Of a stretch of DNA of 60,670 nt, positions 26,135 to 35,803 are shown in pieces. The stretch comes from an uncultured bacterium (GTDB lineage Bacteria > Actinomycetota > Acidimicrobiia > Spongiisociales > ZC4RG35). The position numbers and the translations under genes were made by a program. A model generated the notes under the pieces. The model searched no databases and was not told the origin of the DNA. It worked only from the letters and a program-made list of their open reading frames with translations. The first letter of the stretch is position 1. Each line of letters opens with the position of its first letter. Where the stretch lies: contig CBDTXZ010000001.1 in the NCBI GenBank assembly GCA_965364515.1, forward strand, positions 1-60,670, given 5' to 3'.

Positions 26135-28069
26135 ATGACAGCGACTTCTCTCGAGACGAGACCCACGAGGCGCCGCGATCCGGTGATATCGGGCTGGCTG
26201 TTCTCTGGGATCCTGGCCGCATTGACGCCCGTCGTGTGGATCGCCGTGCCGGTCGTCCCGAGCTCAGTCGACTATCAGCTCTCCTGGTGGTTTGTCGCCC
26301 TGCTGGTCTTCGCTGCCGAGTCACTCGTCATCCACCTCGAGTACCGGAAGGACGCACACTCGTTCTCGATGGGCGAGATCGCGCTGGTGGTTGCGCTCTT
26401 CGCGGCGAGTCCAGGAGTGATCCTGGCGGGTGTCGTCATCGGGTCGGCGGCTGCCCTCGTGTTCAGTCGGCGTCAGACCCCGCTGAAGATGGCCTTCAAC
26501 CTCGCCCAATACGCATTGAACGCCGGCGTCGCCGTCCTGGTGTTCCGCACGATCTTGGGTGATCTCGGGCCACTCGACCCGCGAGGGATCGTTGCGTCGT
26601 TGGCCGCGGTCGGCTCGGCTCTGGTGGTGTCCGAGACCTCGATCGTCCTGGTCATCCTCTTGACCGGGGGCAAGATGACCCCGAGGGACGTGTTCGAGAC
26701 CGTGAGCCTCGGACTCTTCGGGACCTTGCTCTCCGGGACGCTCGGCTATCTGATCGTCGTGTTGTCTGTGGTCGCTCCTTGGGCGGTCTGGATCGGTGCG
26801 GTACCGCCGGGCATCATGTATCTGGCTTATCGGAGTCATGCCGAGCAGAGAAACCAGACCGAGCGGCTGCAGTCGATGCACCGTGTCACCGAATCCATCC
26901 ACACCGCCCCCATGGTCGAGGATGCGATGGCCGCTGCGGCCGCCAGCGCCAGACAGCTCGTCGACGCAACCTGGGTGGAGATCATCGTCGCTGCGAAGGA
27001 ATCACACGCCCTGCGCACCTACGACGACGAAGAGAAGTCGACTGCGATGATCCCGACCATCATCCGTCCCGAACTGGTGTCGTGGTGGCAGCAGGTGATC
27101 GGTGAGGCGGTGACCTTCATGGGGCGGGAGGGAAGCTCTGCGGTGACGGCGTCACCGCCGGTTCGCAAGGATCTGATCGTCGTTCCGATCGTGGGCGGCG
27201 AGCAGATCCACGGCTACCTGCTTGCAGCCGATCGCATGGGGGACGTCAGCGTGTTCGACCTGGGTGACGCCCGTCTGCTCGAGAGCGTCGCCAAGCAGGT
27301 GAGCGTCGCACTCGACAACGGCATGCTCGAGACGTCACTGGCGGCGGTGACCGAACTGAAAGAGCGTCTCGAAGAGATGGTCGAGTCGAAGGATCGCTTC
27401 ATCGCTTCGATCAGCCACGAACTGAGAACTCCGCTGACGGCAGTGGTCGGGCTCTCTCAGGAGCTCGATCGGAATCTGAGCATGTTCTCGAAAGAAGACG
27501 TGGCCGAGTTCATCCACTTGATCTCCGATCAGGCAACCGAGCTGTCACACATCATCGAGGACCTGCTGGTGGCGGCGCGAGCCGACATCGGCACGTTGGC
27601 CGTCCGGCCAGAGCGGCTCGACGTCATGGCGACCGTGACGGCGCTCACATCCCCCTCGTTGGCCTTCGCGGGAAGCGATCCGTTGCCGATCGTCGGTGAT
27701 GCCCCCGACGCCCATGCCGACGGCGTGCGCTTTCGCCAGGTTCTCAGGAACCTGCTCACGAACGCCCGCCGGTACGGCGGTGGGAACATCCACATCGAGT
27801 TGGGAACGCGGGACGATCTCGTCGTCGTGACGGTGGTCGACGACGGCGAGGGAGTACCCGACGATCGGATCGAGGCGATCTTCCAGCCCTACGAACGGGC
27901 TCATTCCGAGCCGACGCAACCGGGTTCGGTCGGTCTGGGCCTCTCGGTCGCGCGTCAACTGACACGCATGATGGGCGGCGATCTGTCCTATGCCCGTTTC
28001 GATGGCTGCACCCGATTCGAGATGTCGGTTCCCCGCTACATGGAGACGTCGCAGCCGGTGCACAGCTGA
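26135..28069 (+). CDS. Orphan sensor histidine kinase (N-terminal multi-TM module, GAF-like region, HisKA, HATPase_c)
   Basis: H-box SHELRTPLTAVVG, N-box RQVLRNLLTNARRYG, G-boxes DDGEGVP and GSVGLGLSVARQL. About 6-7 TM segments at the N-terminus. No response regulator adjacent. Confidence 0.9.
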   Translation: MTATSLETRPTRRRDPVISGWLFSGILAALTPVVWIAVPVVPSSVDYQLSWWFVALLVFAAESLVIHLEYRKDAHSFSMGEIALVVALFAASPGVILAGVVIGSAAALVFSRRQTPLKMAFNLAQYALNAGVAVLVFRTILGDLGPLDPRGIVASLAAVGSALVVSETSIVLVILLTGGKMTPRDVFETVSLGLFGTLLSGTLGYLIVVLSVVAPWAVWIGAVPPGIMYLAYRSHAEQRNQTERLQSMHRVTESIHTAPMVEDAMAAAAASARQLVDATWVEIIVAAKESHALRTYDDEEKSTAMIPTIIRPELVSWWQQVIGEAVTFMGREGSSAVTASPPVRKDLIVVPIVGGEQIHGYLLAADRMGDVSVFDLGDARLLESVAKQVSVALDNGMLETSLAAVTELKERLEEMVESKDRFIASISHELRTPLTAVVGLSQELDRNLSMFSKEDVAEFIHLISDQATELSHIIEDLLVAARADIGTLAVRPERLDVMATVTALTSPSLAFAGSDPLPIVGDAPDAHADGVRFRQVLRNLLTNARRYGGGNIHIELGTRDDLVVVTVVDDGEGVPDDRIEAIFQPYERAHSEPTQPGSVGLGLSVARQLTRMMGGDLSYARFDGCTRFEMSVPRYMETSQPVHS

Positions 28070-28153
28070 CCCGGCGGGCCGGCGTCGCCGGACGAGTCGG
28101 AGGCGGTCCCTGAGCTCACGCGACGGCGACCGGTACACGCATCGCATGCGGGT

Positions 28154-28183
28154 TTGCGCGATCTCACCGGCCTGTCGTATCAT
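28154..28183 (+). promoter_or_regulatory. Candidate promoter for rpmJ-rpsM-rpsK-rpsD-rpoA-rplQ (TTGCGC-18 nt-TATCAT)
   Basis: Hexamers read directly, about 190 nt upstream of rpmJ. Confidence 0.3.
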
Positions 28184-28371
28184 GACGGTCCGGTCTCCGG
28201 TCGTCCGCGCATGTGCGGACGTGGTCCACCGACCCAGATCCCTGTTCCGTCGCCATCGTGCGCCGGTCGTGGTGTGGGCGAGCCTACCGCCGGGCCAACA
28301 CTGGAGACCGAGAATGACACGTAGTCGACATGGCGGCGGTCGCGGGAAACCCGGCCGACAAGGAGAAACAC

Positions 28372-28485
28372 ATGAAGGTTCGTCCTTCCACCAAGAAGAT
28401 GTGCGAGAAGTGTCGCATCATCCGCCGGCGTGGCCGGGTCTGGGTGATCTGCGAGAACCCTCGACACAAGCAGAGGCAGGGCTGA
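28372..28485 (+). CDS. rpmJ: 50S ribosomal protein L36 (37 aa; too short for the supplied ORF track)
   Basis: Manual translation gives [37 protein letters not shown], preceded by AAGGAGAA. It lies immediately upstream of rpsM. Confidence 0.93.
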   Translation: MKVRPSTKKMCEKCRIIRRRGRVWVICENPRHKQRQG

Positions 28486-28486
28486 C

Positions 28487-28864
28487 ATGGCTCGTATCTC
28501 AGGAGTAGACCTCCCACGAGACAAGCGGATCGAAATCGGCCTCACCTACATCTACGGCATCGGGCGCACCCGCTCTCAGCACATCTGCGATGCGCTCGGT
28601 TTGGATCGCGACACGAAAGTCCGTGATCTGACCGACGACGAGACCGCCAAGATCCGGCGGTACATCGACAACAGCTACACGGTCGAAGGCGACCTGCGTC
28701 GCGAGGTTCAGCAGAACATCCGACGCAAGATCGAGATCGGGTCCTATCAGGGCATCCGACACCGACGTGGCCTCCCCGTGCGCGGCCAGCGCACGCACAC
28801 GAACGCCAGACAGCGCAAAGGCAAGCGCGCGGCGATCGCAGGGAAGAAGAAGGTCGGGAAGTAG
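28487..28864 (+). CDS. rpsM: 30S ribosomal protein S13
   Basis: [26 protein letters not shown] motif. Confidence 0.98.
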   Translation: MARISGVDLPRDKRIEIGLTYIYGIGRTRSQHICDALGLDRDTKVRDLTDDETAKIRRYIDNSYTVEGDLRREVQQNIRRKIEIGSYQGIRHRRGLPVRGQRTHTNARQRKGKRAAIAGKKKVGK

Positions 28865-28873
28865 GGATAGCCA

Positions 28874-29278
28874 ATGGCCCAAGCAAAACCAGCACAGGGA
28901 GCCAAGCGCGTCCGCCGTCGCGAGCGAAAGAACATCGCTCACGGGCAGGCGCACATCAAGGCCTCGTTCAACAACACGATCATCAACATCACCGACCAGG
29001 CAGGGAACACCGTCGTGTGGACCTCAGGCGGTTCGGTGGGATTCAAGGGCTCGCGCAAGTCGACCCCTTATGCCGCGCAGGTCGCAGCCGAAGAGGCAGC
29101 ACGGCGCGCAGGGGAACACGGCATCCGCAAGCTCGACGTCATCGTCTCCGGCACCGGTTCGGGTCGTGACACCGCAGTCCGCACGCTCCAGAACATGGGG
29201 ATGGAAGTGACCGGTGTCAAGGACATCACCCCGACGGCCCACAACGGTGTTCGTCTCAAGAAACGTCGGAGGGGCTGA
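28874..29278 (+). CDS. rpsK: 30S ribosomal protein S11
   Basis: [32 protein letters not shown] motif. Confidence 0.98.
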   Translation: MAQAKPAQGAKRVRRRERKNIAHGQAHIKASFNNTIINITDQAGNTVVWTSGGSVGFKGSRKSTPYAAQVAAEEAARRAGEHGIRKLDVIVSGTGSGRDTAVRTLQNMGMEVTGVKDITPTAHNGVRLKKRRRG

Positions 29279-29280
29279 AC

Positions 29281-29886
29281 ATGGCTCGTTACACAGGACC
29301 TCGTCACAAGGCGTGCCGGCGTGCCCGCACTCCGCTCTGTCAGTCGAAGAAGTGCCCGGTCGACACCAGGCCGTATCCGCCAGGCGAACACGGTCGTGGC
29401 CGAATTCGCGAGTCGGACTATCTGATCCAGCTTCGTGAGAAGCAGAAGCTCCGCACCATGTACGGCGTGCTCGAAAAGCAGTTCCGCCGGTACTACGAGC
29501 TCTCCGACCGCCAGCCCGGCATCACCGGTGACAATCTGCTGCGCCTGCTCGAGTCCCGACTCGACAACGTGGTGTGGCGCTCCGGTCTCGCCGCGACCCG
29601 GCCACAAGCCCGCCAGCTCGTCAACCATGGTCACTTCGAAGTCAACGGCAAGAAGGTCGACATCCCGTCGTACCGGGTTCGTGCCAACGACGTGGTGACC
29701 GTCAAGGAGAAGTCGAAAGACCTCGTTGCGATCCAGCATTCGATCGAGTCGCTCTCGCATCCGGTCCCGGACTGGATGAGCGTCGATCACGATGCACGCA
29801 AGGTGGAGATCCGTGACCTGCCCCGGCGGGACCAGATCGACACTGCCATCAACGAGCAGTTGATCGTCGAGCTCTACTCCAAGTAA
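29281..29886 (+). CDS. rpsD: 30S ribosomal protein S4
   Basis: MARYTGP...SDYLIQLREKQKLRTMYGVLEKQFRRYY motif. Confidence 0.98.
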   Translation: MARYTGPRHKACRRARTPLCQSKKCPVDTRPYPPGEHGRGRIRESDYLIQLREKQKLRTMYGVLEKQFRRYYELSDRQPGITGDNLLRLLESRLDNVVWRSGLAATRPQARQLVNHGHFEVNGKKVDIPSYRVRANDVVTVKEKSKDLVAIQHSIESLSHPVPDWMSVDHDARKVEIRDLPRRDQIDTAINEQLIVELYSK

Positions 29887-29916
29887 CCCGTCTTCTCCGA
29901 AAAGGAGCACCACATC

Positions 29917-30852
29917 GTGTTGATCGTCCAACGTCCACAAATCGAAGAAGAGCAGCTCTCGGACAACCGCTCGAAGTTCATCGTCGAACCGCTCGAGCCG
30001 GGATTCGGGTACACGCTCGGCAACACGCTGCGCCGTACCCTGCTGTCCCGCATCCCCGGCGCTGCCGTCACCTCGATCCAGATCGAGGGAATCCAGCATG
30101 AGTTCACCACCGTCCCCGGCGTCGTCGAGGACGTGGTCGACATCATTCTCAACGTCAAGCAGGTCGTCATCCGCATGGATGGCGTCGACACCCAGACGCT
30201 CTACCTCTCCGCCAAGGGAGCCGGTGAGGTCACCGCAGGTGACATCAAGGTCCCGGCCGGCGTCGAGATCGTCAATCCAGACCAGCTGATCGCCACGCTG
30301 TCGGCCAGCGGCCGGCTGGAGATGGAGCTGACGGTCGGTCCCGGTGTCGGATATCGCACCGCGGCCTCCGCCACCCCGAACGGGGCGATCGGGGTCATCC
30401 CGGTCGATGCGATCTATTCGCCGGTGCGCAAGGTCGCCTACCAGGTGGAGAACACCCAGGTCGGGGACATCACCAACTTCGACCGGCTCGTGCTCGATGT
30501 AGAGACCAACGGCGCGCTCAGCCCGAGCGAAGCTGTGTCGTCGTCCGGCAAGACCCTCGCCGAGCTCATGAGCCTGTTCGCAGACATGGGTGAAGGCGTC
30601 GGTCTGGAGCTCGGCGAGGTTCAGACCGAGAGCTCCAGCTCTCCCGATCTCGATCTGCCGATCGAAGCGCTCGATCTCTCGGAACGCCCGAGGAACTGCC
30701 TGCGGCGTGCCCAGGTGAAGACGGTGGGTGAGCTCGTCCAGCGCACTGCCGACGACCTCCTCAACATCACGAACTTCGGACAGAAGAGCCTCGAAGAGGT
30801 GACCGCCAAGCTCGATGAGCTCGGTCTCTCCTTGGCCGACGGAGGGAACTGA
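29917..30852 (+). CDS. rpoA: DNA-directed RNA polymerase subunit alpha
   Basis: GTG start. [24 protein letters not shown], and a C-terminal domain [23 protein letters not shown]. Confidence 0.97.
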   Translation: MLIVQRPQIEEEQLSDNRSKFIVEPLEPGFGYTLGNTLRRTLLSRIPGAAVTSIQIEGIQHEFTTVPGVVEDVVDIILNVKQVVIRMDGVDTQTLYLSAKGAGEVTAGDIKVPAGVEIVNPDQLIATLSASGRLEMELTVGPGVGYRTAASATPNGAIGVIPVDAIYSPVRKVAYQVENTQVGDITNFDRLVLDVETNGALSPSEAVSSSGKTLAELMSLFADMGEGVGLELGEVQTESSSSPDLDLPIEALDLSERPRNCLRRAQVKTVGELVQRTADDLLNITNFGQKSLEEVTAKLDELGLSLADGGN

Positions 30853-31202
30853 TGCCACGTCCACGCAAGGGAGCGCGTCTGGGGAGTTCCCCCCAGAACG
30901 AGCGCAAGATCCTCGCCAACCTGACGACCTCGCTCATCGCCGAGGGCAAGGTCGAGACCACCCTCGCCAAGGCGAAGGCCGTTCGGCCGCTGGCCGAGAA
31001 GATCATCACCAAAGCCGGTAAAGGCGACCTGCACTCGCGCCGCGTGGTGCTTCGCACGATCACCGACAACGAGGTCGTGACCAAGCTGTTCGATGAGGTT
31101 GCGCCCGAGTACGTCGACCGTCCCGGCGGCTACACCCGCATCGTCAAACTCGGCCCCCGCCGAGGTGACGGTGCCGAGATGGCGGTCATAGAGCTGGTCT
31201 GA
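30852..31202 (+). CDS. rplQ: 50S ribosomal protein L17
   Basis: ATGA overlap with rpo[22 protein letters not shown]...[15 protein letters not shown] motif. Confidence 0.97.
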   Translation: MPRPRKGARLGSSPQNERKILANLTTSLIAEGKVETTLAKAKAVRPLAEKIITKAGKGDLHSRRVVLRTITDNEVVTKLFDEVAPEYVDRPGGYTRIVKLGPRRGDGAEMAVIELV

Positions 31203-31213
31203 ACGATTCGCTG

Positions 31214-31241
31214 CACGCCACACGCAGCACGCACCACGCAG
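31214..31241. repeat. Four tandem CACGCNN heptads downstream of rplQ
   Basis: CACGCCA CACGCAG CACGCAC CACGCAG, read directly, abutting the terminator hairpin. Confidence 0.9.
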
Positions 31242-31280
31242 TGAAGCCCGGGTTCCAACCCGGGCTTCACTCGTTGTTCG
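31241..31280 (+). terminator. Intrinsic terminator after rplQ
   Basis: Perfect 12-bp stem GTGAAGCCCGGG / CCCGGGCTTCAC with loop TTCCAA, followed by a T-rich tract TCGTTGTTCGTCTTGT. Confidence 0.8.
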
Positions 31281-31382
31281 TCTTGTGCCGCCAAACGCCG
31301 ACCCTCGTGGCACCGCCGCACCGCTGGTCCCTGGTGTGACGTTTCATGTGGATGATCAGAAGCGGGAAGGAGGAAACCTGCG

Positions 31383-34145
31383 ATGTCTTCTACCCTCGCG
31401 GTCGTGGCGATCACAACATTCCTGTTCACCGACATCCAAGGGTCGAGCCGCTTGTGGGAGGAGCACGAGGTGGCGATGCGCTCGGCCCTGGTTGAGCACG
31501 ACCGTTTGATCGCGCGAGCCGTAGAGGTCAACCGAGGCAGAGTCTTCAGCCACATGGGCGATGGCGTCGCTGCTGCCTTCGAGTCGGCTAGCGACGCTTT
31601 CAACGCCGCCGCCGACATCCAACGCCGGCTCCTGGCAGACGAGCACCCGGGCGTCGGTCGGCTCCGCGTCCGGATCGGCATCCACTCAGGGGAGGCGGAG
31701 GAGCGGGCCGATGACTTCTTCGGTCCGACTGTCAATCGAGCCGCTCGCATCATGTCGGCCGCCCATGGTGGGCAGATCCTCGTGTCCGGAGTTGCAGCGC
31801 GTCTCGCCGATTCCGACGAATTCGACCTCACCGATCTTGGCGACCACCGCCTCCGCGACCTCGGTCGCCCAGAGCGGATCCACCAGCTGGGAGGACCGGG
31901 CCTGCCATCCGAGTTCCCCCCGATCAGCACGCTCACCGACGCTCCAAACAACCTTCCCGCTCAGCTGACGTCGTTCGTCGGGCGGACCGAGGAGCTCGAA
32001 CAGGTGATGGACCTCCTCGGTGCCGGACGCATGGTGACAATCACCGGAGTCGGCGGCGTAGGAAAGACCAGAGTTGCGCTGCAAGCAGCAGCCGATCTCG
32101 CCCCCGAGTATCCGGACGGCACATGGCTCGTTGCCCTCGCTCCGGTGTCTGAGCCGGAGGGTGTGGATTCGGCGTTCCTCGATGCCCTCGGAGTTCCCCA
32201 GACCGACATGGATCCGCGGGACGCATTCCTCGAGTACGTGAGGAGTCGCACGGTGCTGCTGATCGTCGACAACTGCGAACACCTCATCGATGCATCAGCG
32301 GATGCTGCGGCCGCCATACTCTCCGTGTCCCCAGAGAGCCGAGTGTTGGCAACGAGCAGAGAGCTGCTCGGCGTCCCAGGCGAGGCGGCGCTCGGGCTGC
32401 GTTCCATGAGCCTTCCACGGGAACCGCGGGTCTGGGAGGAGAGCGATGCCGTTCGGCTCCTCGTTGAACGAGCCCGGCAGGCAAAACCCGGCTTCCGAGC
32501 CCAGGGCCACGAGGAGGCCCTCGCAGAGATCTGCCGGCGTCTCGATGGCATTCCTCTCGCGCTCGAGCTGGCTGCAGCCCGCCTGCGCTCCTTCTCCCCT
32601 GAACGAGTCGCCGGCCTTCTCGACGAGAGCTTTCGTCTCCTGACGGGTGGCTCCCGCACTGCCGTGCCGCGTCAGCGAACGCTCGAGGCGGCCATCGAAT
32701 GGTCCCACCGCCTGCTCGACGAGGCAGAACAACAGTTGTTCAGGAAGCTGTCGGTCTTCAGCGGCGGCTTCACGGTCGAGTCCGTGGCGGCGGTCGCCGC
32801 AGACGACGACCTCGACGTACTCGATGTGCTCGAATTGCTCTCCGCGCTTGTCGACAAGTCGCTCGTGGCCGCCGACGAGGGCGAGATCGAGCGTTTCCAT
32901 CTGCTGGAGACCATTCGCCAGTACGCCAGCGCGCGGCTCGAGGCGGCTGGCGACGTCGACATCTTCCGCCGGCGGCACGCAGAGCACTTCCGCCATCTCC
33001 TGGCAGAAGCGGCCGAACTGCGATGGGGGCCGGAGGGCCCCACTGTCCTCCGGCAGATGCAGATCGAGCGGGACAATCTCCGCCAGGCCTTGACATGGGC
33101 ATTGGAGGCCGGAGAGGGAGCGACCGCCCTCGATCTTGCCACCGGCTTCGGGCGTTTCTCCGACTTCGGCCGTTGGTCGGAGCCCGTCATGTGGTACGAG
33201 CGGGCGCTGGAGGTCGCCGGAGACACTGCCAACGAGATCGAGCGAGCCGTCCGACTGCATCGGCTGGCCTTCATGCTCGGTAGAGGGCCCGACACCGACC
33301 GCGCAGTGCGTCTTGCCGAGGAGGCGATCTCGATCTTCGAACGCAACGATGAGGCGCCCAGCGATGCAGCCTGGCTGTTCGAATACGCAGCCGCCCTGCT
33401 GAACCTCGCGGTCGTCAAGCTCTACCGGGGCGAGGGTGGCGAGCGCAACGAGCACTTCCGCCCGCTCGTCTTCCGGGCGCTGGAGATCGCGCGGCGGGCG
33501 AACCACCGCCCAATGATCGCTGCCTGTCTCGGCAATCTCGCTCATCACGTCGACCCGAGAGCGGATCCTGAGGAGGTCCGAGCGTTGTTCGACGAGGCGG
33601 AGGCCGCCGCCCGGGACGCGGAGGATGCAATCGGGCACCAGAGACTCTCCTGGCAGCGGTCCCGGTACGAGTTCTTCGCAGGCGATCTGAAGGCCTCCCT
33701 GTCGCATCGGCGGACCGCAATCGATGGGGCCCGGGAAGCGGGCCTCGACGATTTCGCTGCCCATTTGCAGGTCGGCGCAGCGCTAGCCGAGCTCGAATCT
33801 GGAGACACCTCCGGCGTCGAACGTATGAATGACGCCATTCGTGACGTTCTCGCGACCTCGGACGGCCTCCACGGGCCAGGTGCAGCAGGCCAGGTCATGC
33901 TCGTCGCCCGCGCGACGGCAGCTCTCCGTCTGGGGCGCCCCGCCCGAGCGGCCGTTGCCATCGGGGCCACGCACGCCGAATCGGCTCGCGGGGTTCCGGT
34001 CCCGTGGGACCTCGCACCCCACCTCGATCGGGTCACCGAGGAAGTGCGCCAGGCACTGAGCGCGGATGTGTTCGAGGCACAGTGGGCGCAAGGTGAGGCC
34101 ATGTCTCGCGAGGAGATCATGGGCTTCCTCGGGGAGCGTCCCTGA
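31383..34145 (+). CDS. Class III adenylate/guanylate cyclase domain fused to a STAND-type P-loop NTPase (NB-ARC-like) and TPR-like repeats
   Basis: N-terminal FLFTDIQGSSRLW...GDGVAAAF...GPTVNRAARI cyclase motifs. VTITGVGGVGKTRVA Walker A and LLIVDNCEH Walker B. Long helical-repeat C-terminus. GGAGG SD upstream. Confidence 0.9.
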   Translation: MSSTLAVVAITTFLFTDIQGSSRLWEEHEVAMRSALVEHDRLIARAVEVNRGRVFSHMGDGVAAAFESASDAFNAAADIQRRLLADEHPGVGRLRVRIGIHSGEAEERADDFFGPTVNRAARIMSAAHGGQILVSGVAARLADSDEFDLTDLGDHRLRDLGRPERIHQLGGPGLPSEFPPISTLTDAPNNLPAQLTSFVGRTEELEQVMDLLGAGRMVTITGVGGVGKTRVALQAAADLAPEYPDGTWLVALAPVSEPEGVDSAFLDALGVPQTDMDPRDAFLEYVRSRTVLLIVDNCEHLIDASADAAAAILSVSPESRVLATSRELLGVPGEAALGLRSMSLPREPRVWEESDAVRLLVERARQAKPGFRAQGHEEALAEICRRLDGIPLALELAAARLRSFSPERVAGLLDESFRLLTGGSRTAVPRQRTLEAAIEWSHRLLDEAEQQLFRKLSVFSGGFTVESVAAVAADDDLDVLDVLELLSALVDKSLVAADEGEIERFHLLETIRQYASARLEAAGDVDIFRRRHAEHFRHLLAEAAELRWGPEGPTVLRQMQIERDNLRQALTWALEAGEGATALDLATGFGRFSDFGRWSEPVMWYERALEVAGDTANEIERAVRLHRLAFMLGRGPDTDRAVRLAEEAISIFERNDEAPSDAAWLFEYAAALLNLAVVKLYRGEGGERNEHFRPLVFRALEIARRANHRPMIAACLGNLAHHVDPRADPEEVRALFDEAEAAARDAEDAIGHQRLSWQRSRYEFFAGDLKASLSHRRTAIDGAREAGLDDFAAHLQVGAALAELESGDTSGVERMNDAIRDVLATSDGLHGPGAAGQVMLVARATAALRLGRPARAAVAIGATHAESARGVPVPWDLAPHLDRVTEEVRQALSADVFEAQWAQGEAMSREEIMGFLGERP

Positions 34146-34154
34146 CGCTCTGCT

Positions 34155-35243
34155 GTGTCCCGCACGACAGAGGTCTCTCGTTGCGTCCCCGGTGCAGCAG
34201 CACTGACTCGCGTGTTCCAGCTATCGGCCTACCGTCGCGTGGGCGTGGGCAGTAGATCGAGCGCCGTGGCACCCGAGCTGGCGGAGGTGGTGGCCGGGCT
34301 CGCCGCTAGCGTTTCGGGCGTGAACGGCAACGGAACCCCCTACCTCGACTTCGCCCGTGACGAATGGGCGAGCCTGCGCGCTGCCACGCCGATGACCCTC
34401 ACCGAGGAGGACGTCGATCGGATCAAGGGCATCAACGTCGAGCTGTCCGTTCCCGAGGTGGAGGCGGTGTATCTGCCGCTCTCACGACTGCTCAACCTCT
34501 ACGTGCGCGCCTCCCAGCAGCTGTTCACGGTCACCGACACGTTTCTCGGAAAACCATCCGAACGAGTGCCGTATGTGATCGCGATCGCCGGATCGGTCGC
34601 AGTGGGCAAGTCCACGATCGCCAGGATCCTTCAAGAGTTGCTGAAGACGTGGCCCGATCATCCCGGCGTCGACCTCGTGACCACCGATGGCTTCCTCTAT
34701 CCGAATGCCGTGCTCGAGGAGCGCGGCATCATGGACCGCAAGGGCTTTCCCGAATCGTTCGACCGTCGGGGCCTGCTGCGATTCGTCGAGTCGCTGAAGA
34801 GTGGAGAGACGCCGCTCGAGGCCCCGATCTACTCACACCAGGCGTACGACGTGGTCCCAGACCGACGGCGGGTGATCGATCAGCCCGACATCGTGATCCT
34901 CGAAGGTCTCAATGTCCTCCAGGGTGGAGGCCCCGGATCCTTCGTCTCGGACTACTTCGACTTCTCCATCTATGTCGACGCCGACCCGTCCGACATCGAG
35001 ACCTGGTACATCGACCGGTTCCTGACGCTCCGGGACACCGCTTTCCAACAACCGGATGCCTACTTCCACCGATATGCCGATCTCTCCGATGCGGACGCCA
35101 GGTTGGAAGCGCACCGCATCTGGAAGGAGATCAACGAGGTCAATCTCTACGAGAACATCCTCCACACGCGTGACCGGGCGACGCTCATCCTCGAAAAGGG
35201 CTCGGATCACGAAGTGGAACGGGTCCGCCTGCGTCGCCGATGA
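34155..35243 (+). CDS. coaA: Type I pantothenate kinase; the true start is possibly GTG 34266
   Basis: [18 protein letters not shown]-loop, [12 protein letters not shown], and [26 protein letters not shown], typical of the CoaA N-terminus. Confidence 0.9.
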   Translation: MSRTTEVSRCVPGAAALTRVFQLSAYRRVGVGSRSSAVAPELAEVVAGLAASVSGVNGNGTPYLDFARDEWASLRAATPMTLTEEDVDRIKGINVELSVPEVEAVYLPLSRLLNLYVRASQQLFTVTDTFLGKPSERVPYVIAIAGSVAVGKSTIARILQELLKTWPDHPGVDLVTTDGFLYPNAVLEERGIMDRKGFPESFDRRGLLRFVESLKSGETPLEAPIYSHQAYDVVPDRRRVIDQPDIVILEGLNVLQGGGPGSFVSDYFDFSIYVDADPSDIETWYIDRFLTLRDTAFQQPDAYFHRYADLSDADARLEAHRIWKEINEVNLYENILHTRDRATLILEKGSDHEVERVRLRRR

Positions 35244-35803
35244 CTCCGATCCACCGCCGGCTGGTGGCCGCGCTGGACTCATACGTCCCATCGACGGCGG
35301 TCGAGATGCGCCATCTGCAGCGGATCCGCCGGCTTGCATCCGAGCAGCGATCGGCGTTCGACCGGTACGAGTACGAACCCGGGCACATCACGGCGTCGGC
35401 GTTCGTCGTGCACCCGACCGAACCTGCACTCGCCCTCGTGCTCCATCGCAAGCTCGAACGCTGGCTGCAACCGGGCGGTCATGTCGAACCCGATGACCTC
35501 GACATGGAGGCTGCCTCGCGCAGGGAGGTCGCCGAGGAGACGGGCCTGTCGGATCTGATCCCGCTCGGCATCGTCGACGTCGACGTGCACACCTTCCCGG
35601 CGGGCGGGGAACAGCCCGAGCACCTCCATCTGGACGTGCGCCAGGGGTTCGTCGCTCGCACGGAGAGACTGGTTCCGAGCGACGAGTCCAACGATGTCAA
35701 GTGGGCGTCGTTCGTCGAATGCCTGGCCATGGAGGAGAGCATCGCGCGGCCTGCCCGGGTGCTCAGCGCCCGCGACTCGGCTGGTACTCTCCGACCCCAC
35801 TGA
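35240..35803 (+). CDS. NUDIX hydrolase
   Basis: Nudix box [29 protein letters not shown] overlap with coaA. Confidence 0.88.
   Translation: MTPIHRRLVAALDSYVPSTAVEMRHLQRIRRLASEQRSAFDRYEYEPGHITASAFVVHPTEPALALVLHRKLERWLQPGGHVEPDDLDMEAASRREVAEETGLSDLIPLGIVDVDVHTFPAGGEQPEHLHLDVRQGFVARTERLVPSDESNDVKWASFVECLAMEESIARPARVLSARDSAGTLRPH

Noticed and set aside
24031-28371. Inserted blocks in the ribosomal superoperon as genomic islands or mobile elements
   Set aside because: No integrase, transposase, tRNA attachment site or long direct repeats are visible. The gene content (dinB, kinase, coaA, Nudix) is housekeeping-like. These are reported as rearrangements, not as mobile elements.
28070-28371. Search for a hidden infA (IF-1) or other small gene upstream of rpmJ
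   Set aside because: No frame gives an IF-1-like sequence (AKKDGAIE...HISGKMR type). The only open frames are Arg/Gly-rich. The region more plausibly holds the rpmJ promoter and leader.
29068-30864. 598-aa minus-strand ORF opposite rpsD and rpoA
   Set aside because: It is antisense to two highly conserved genes, and no motif was recognised.
32295-33764. 489-aa minus-strand ORF, plus several other frames, inside the cyclase-STAND gene
   Set aside because: The sense frame has contiguous cyclase, Walker A/B and TPR features over 920 aa. The alternatives are Arg/Pro/Ser-rich.
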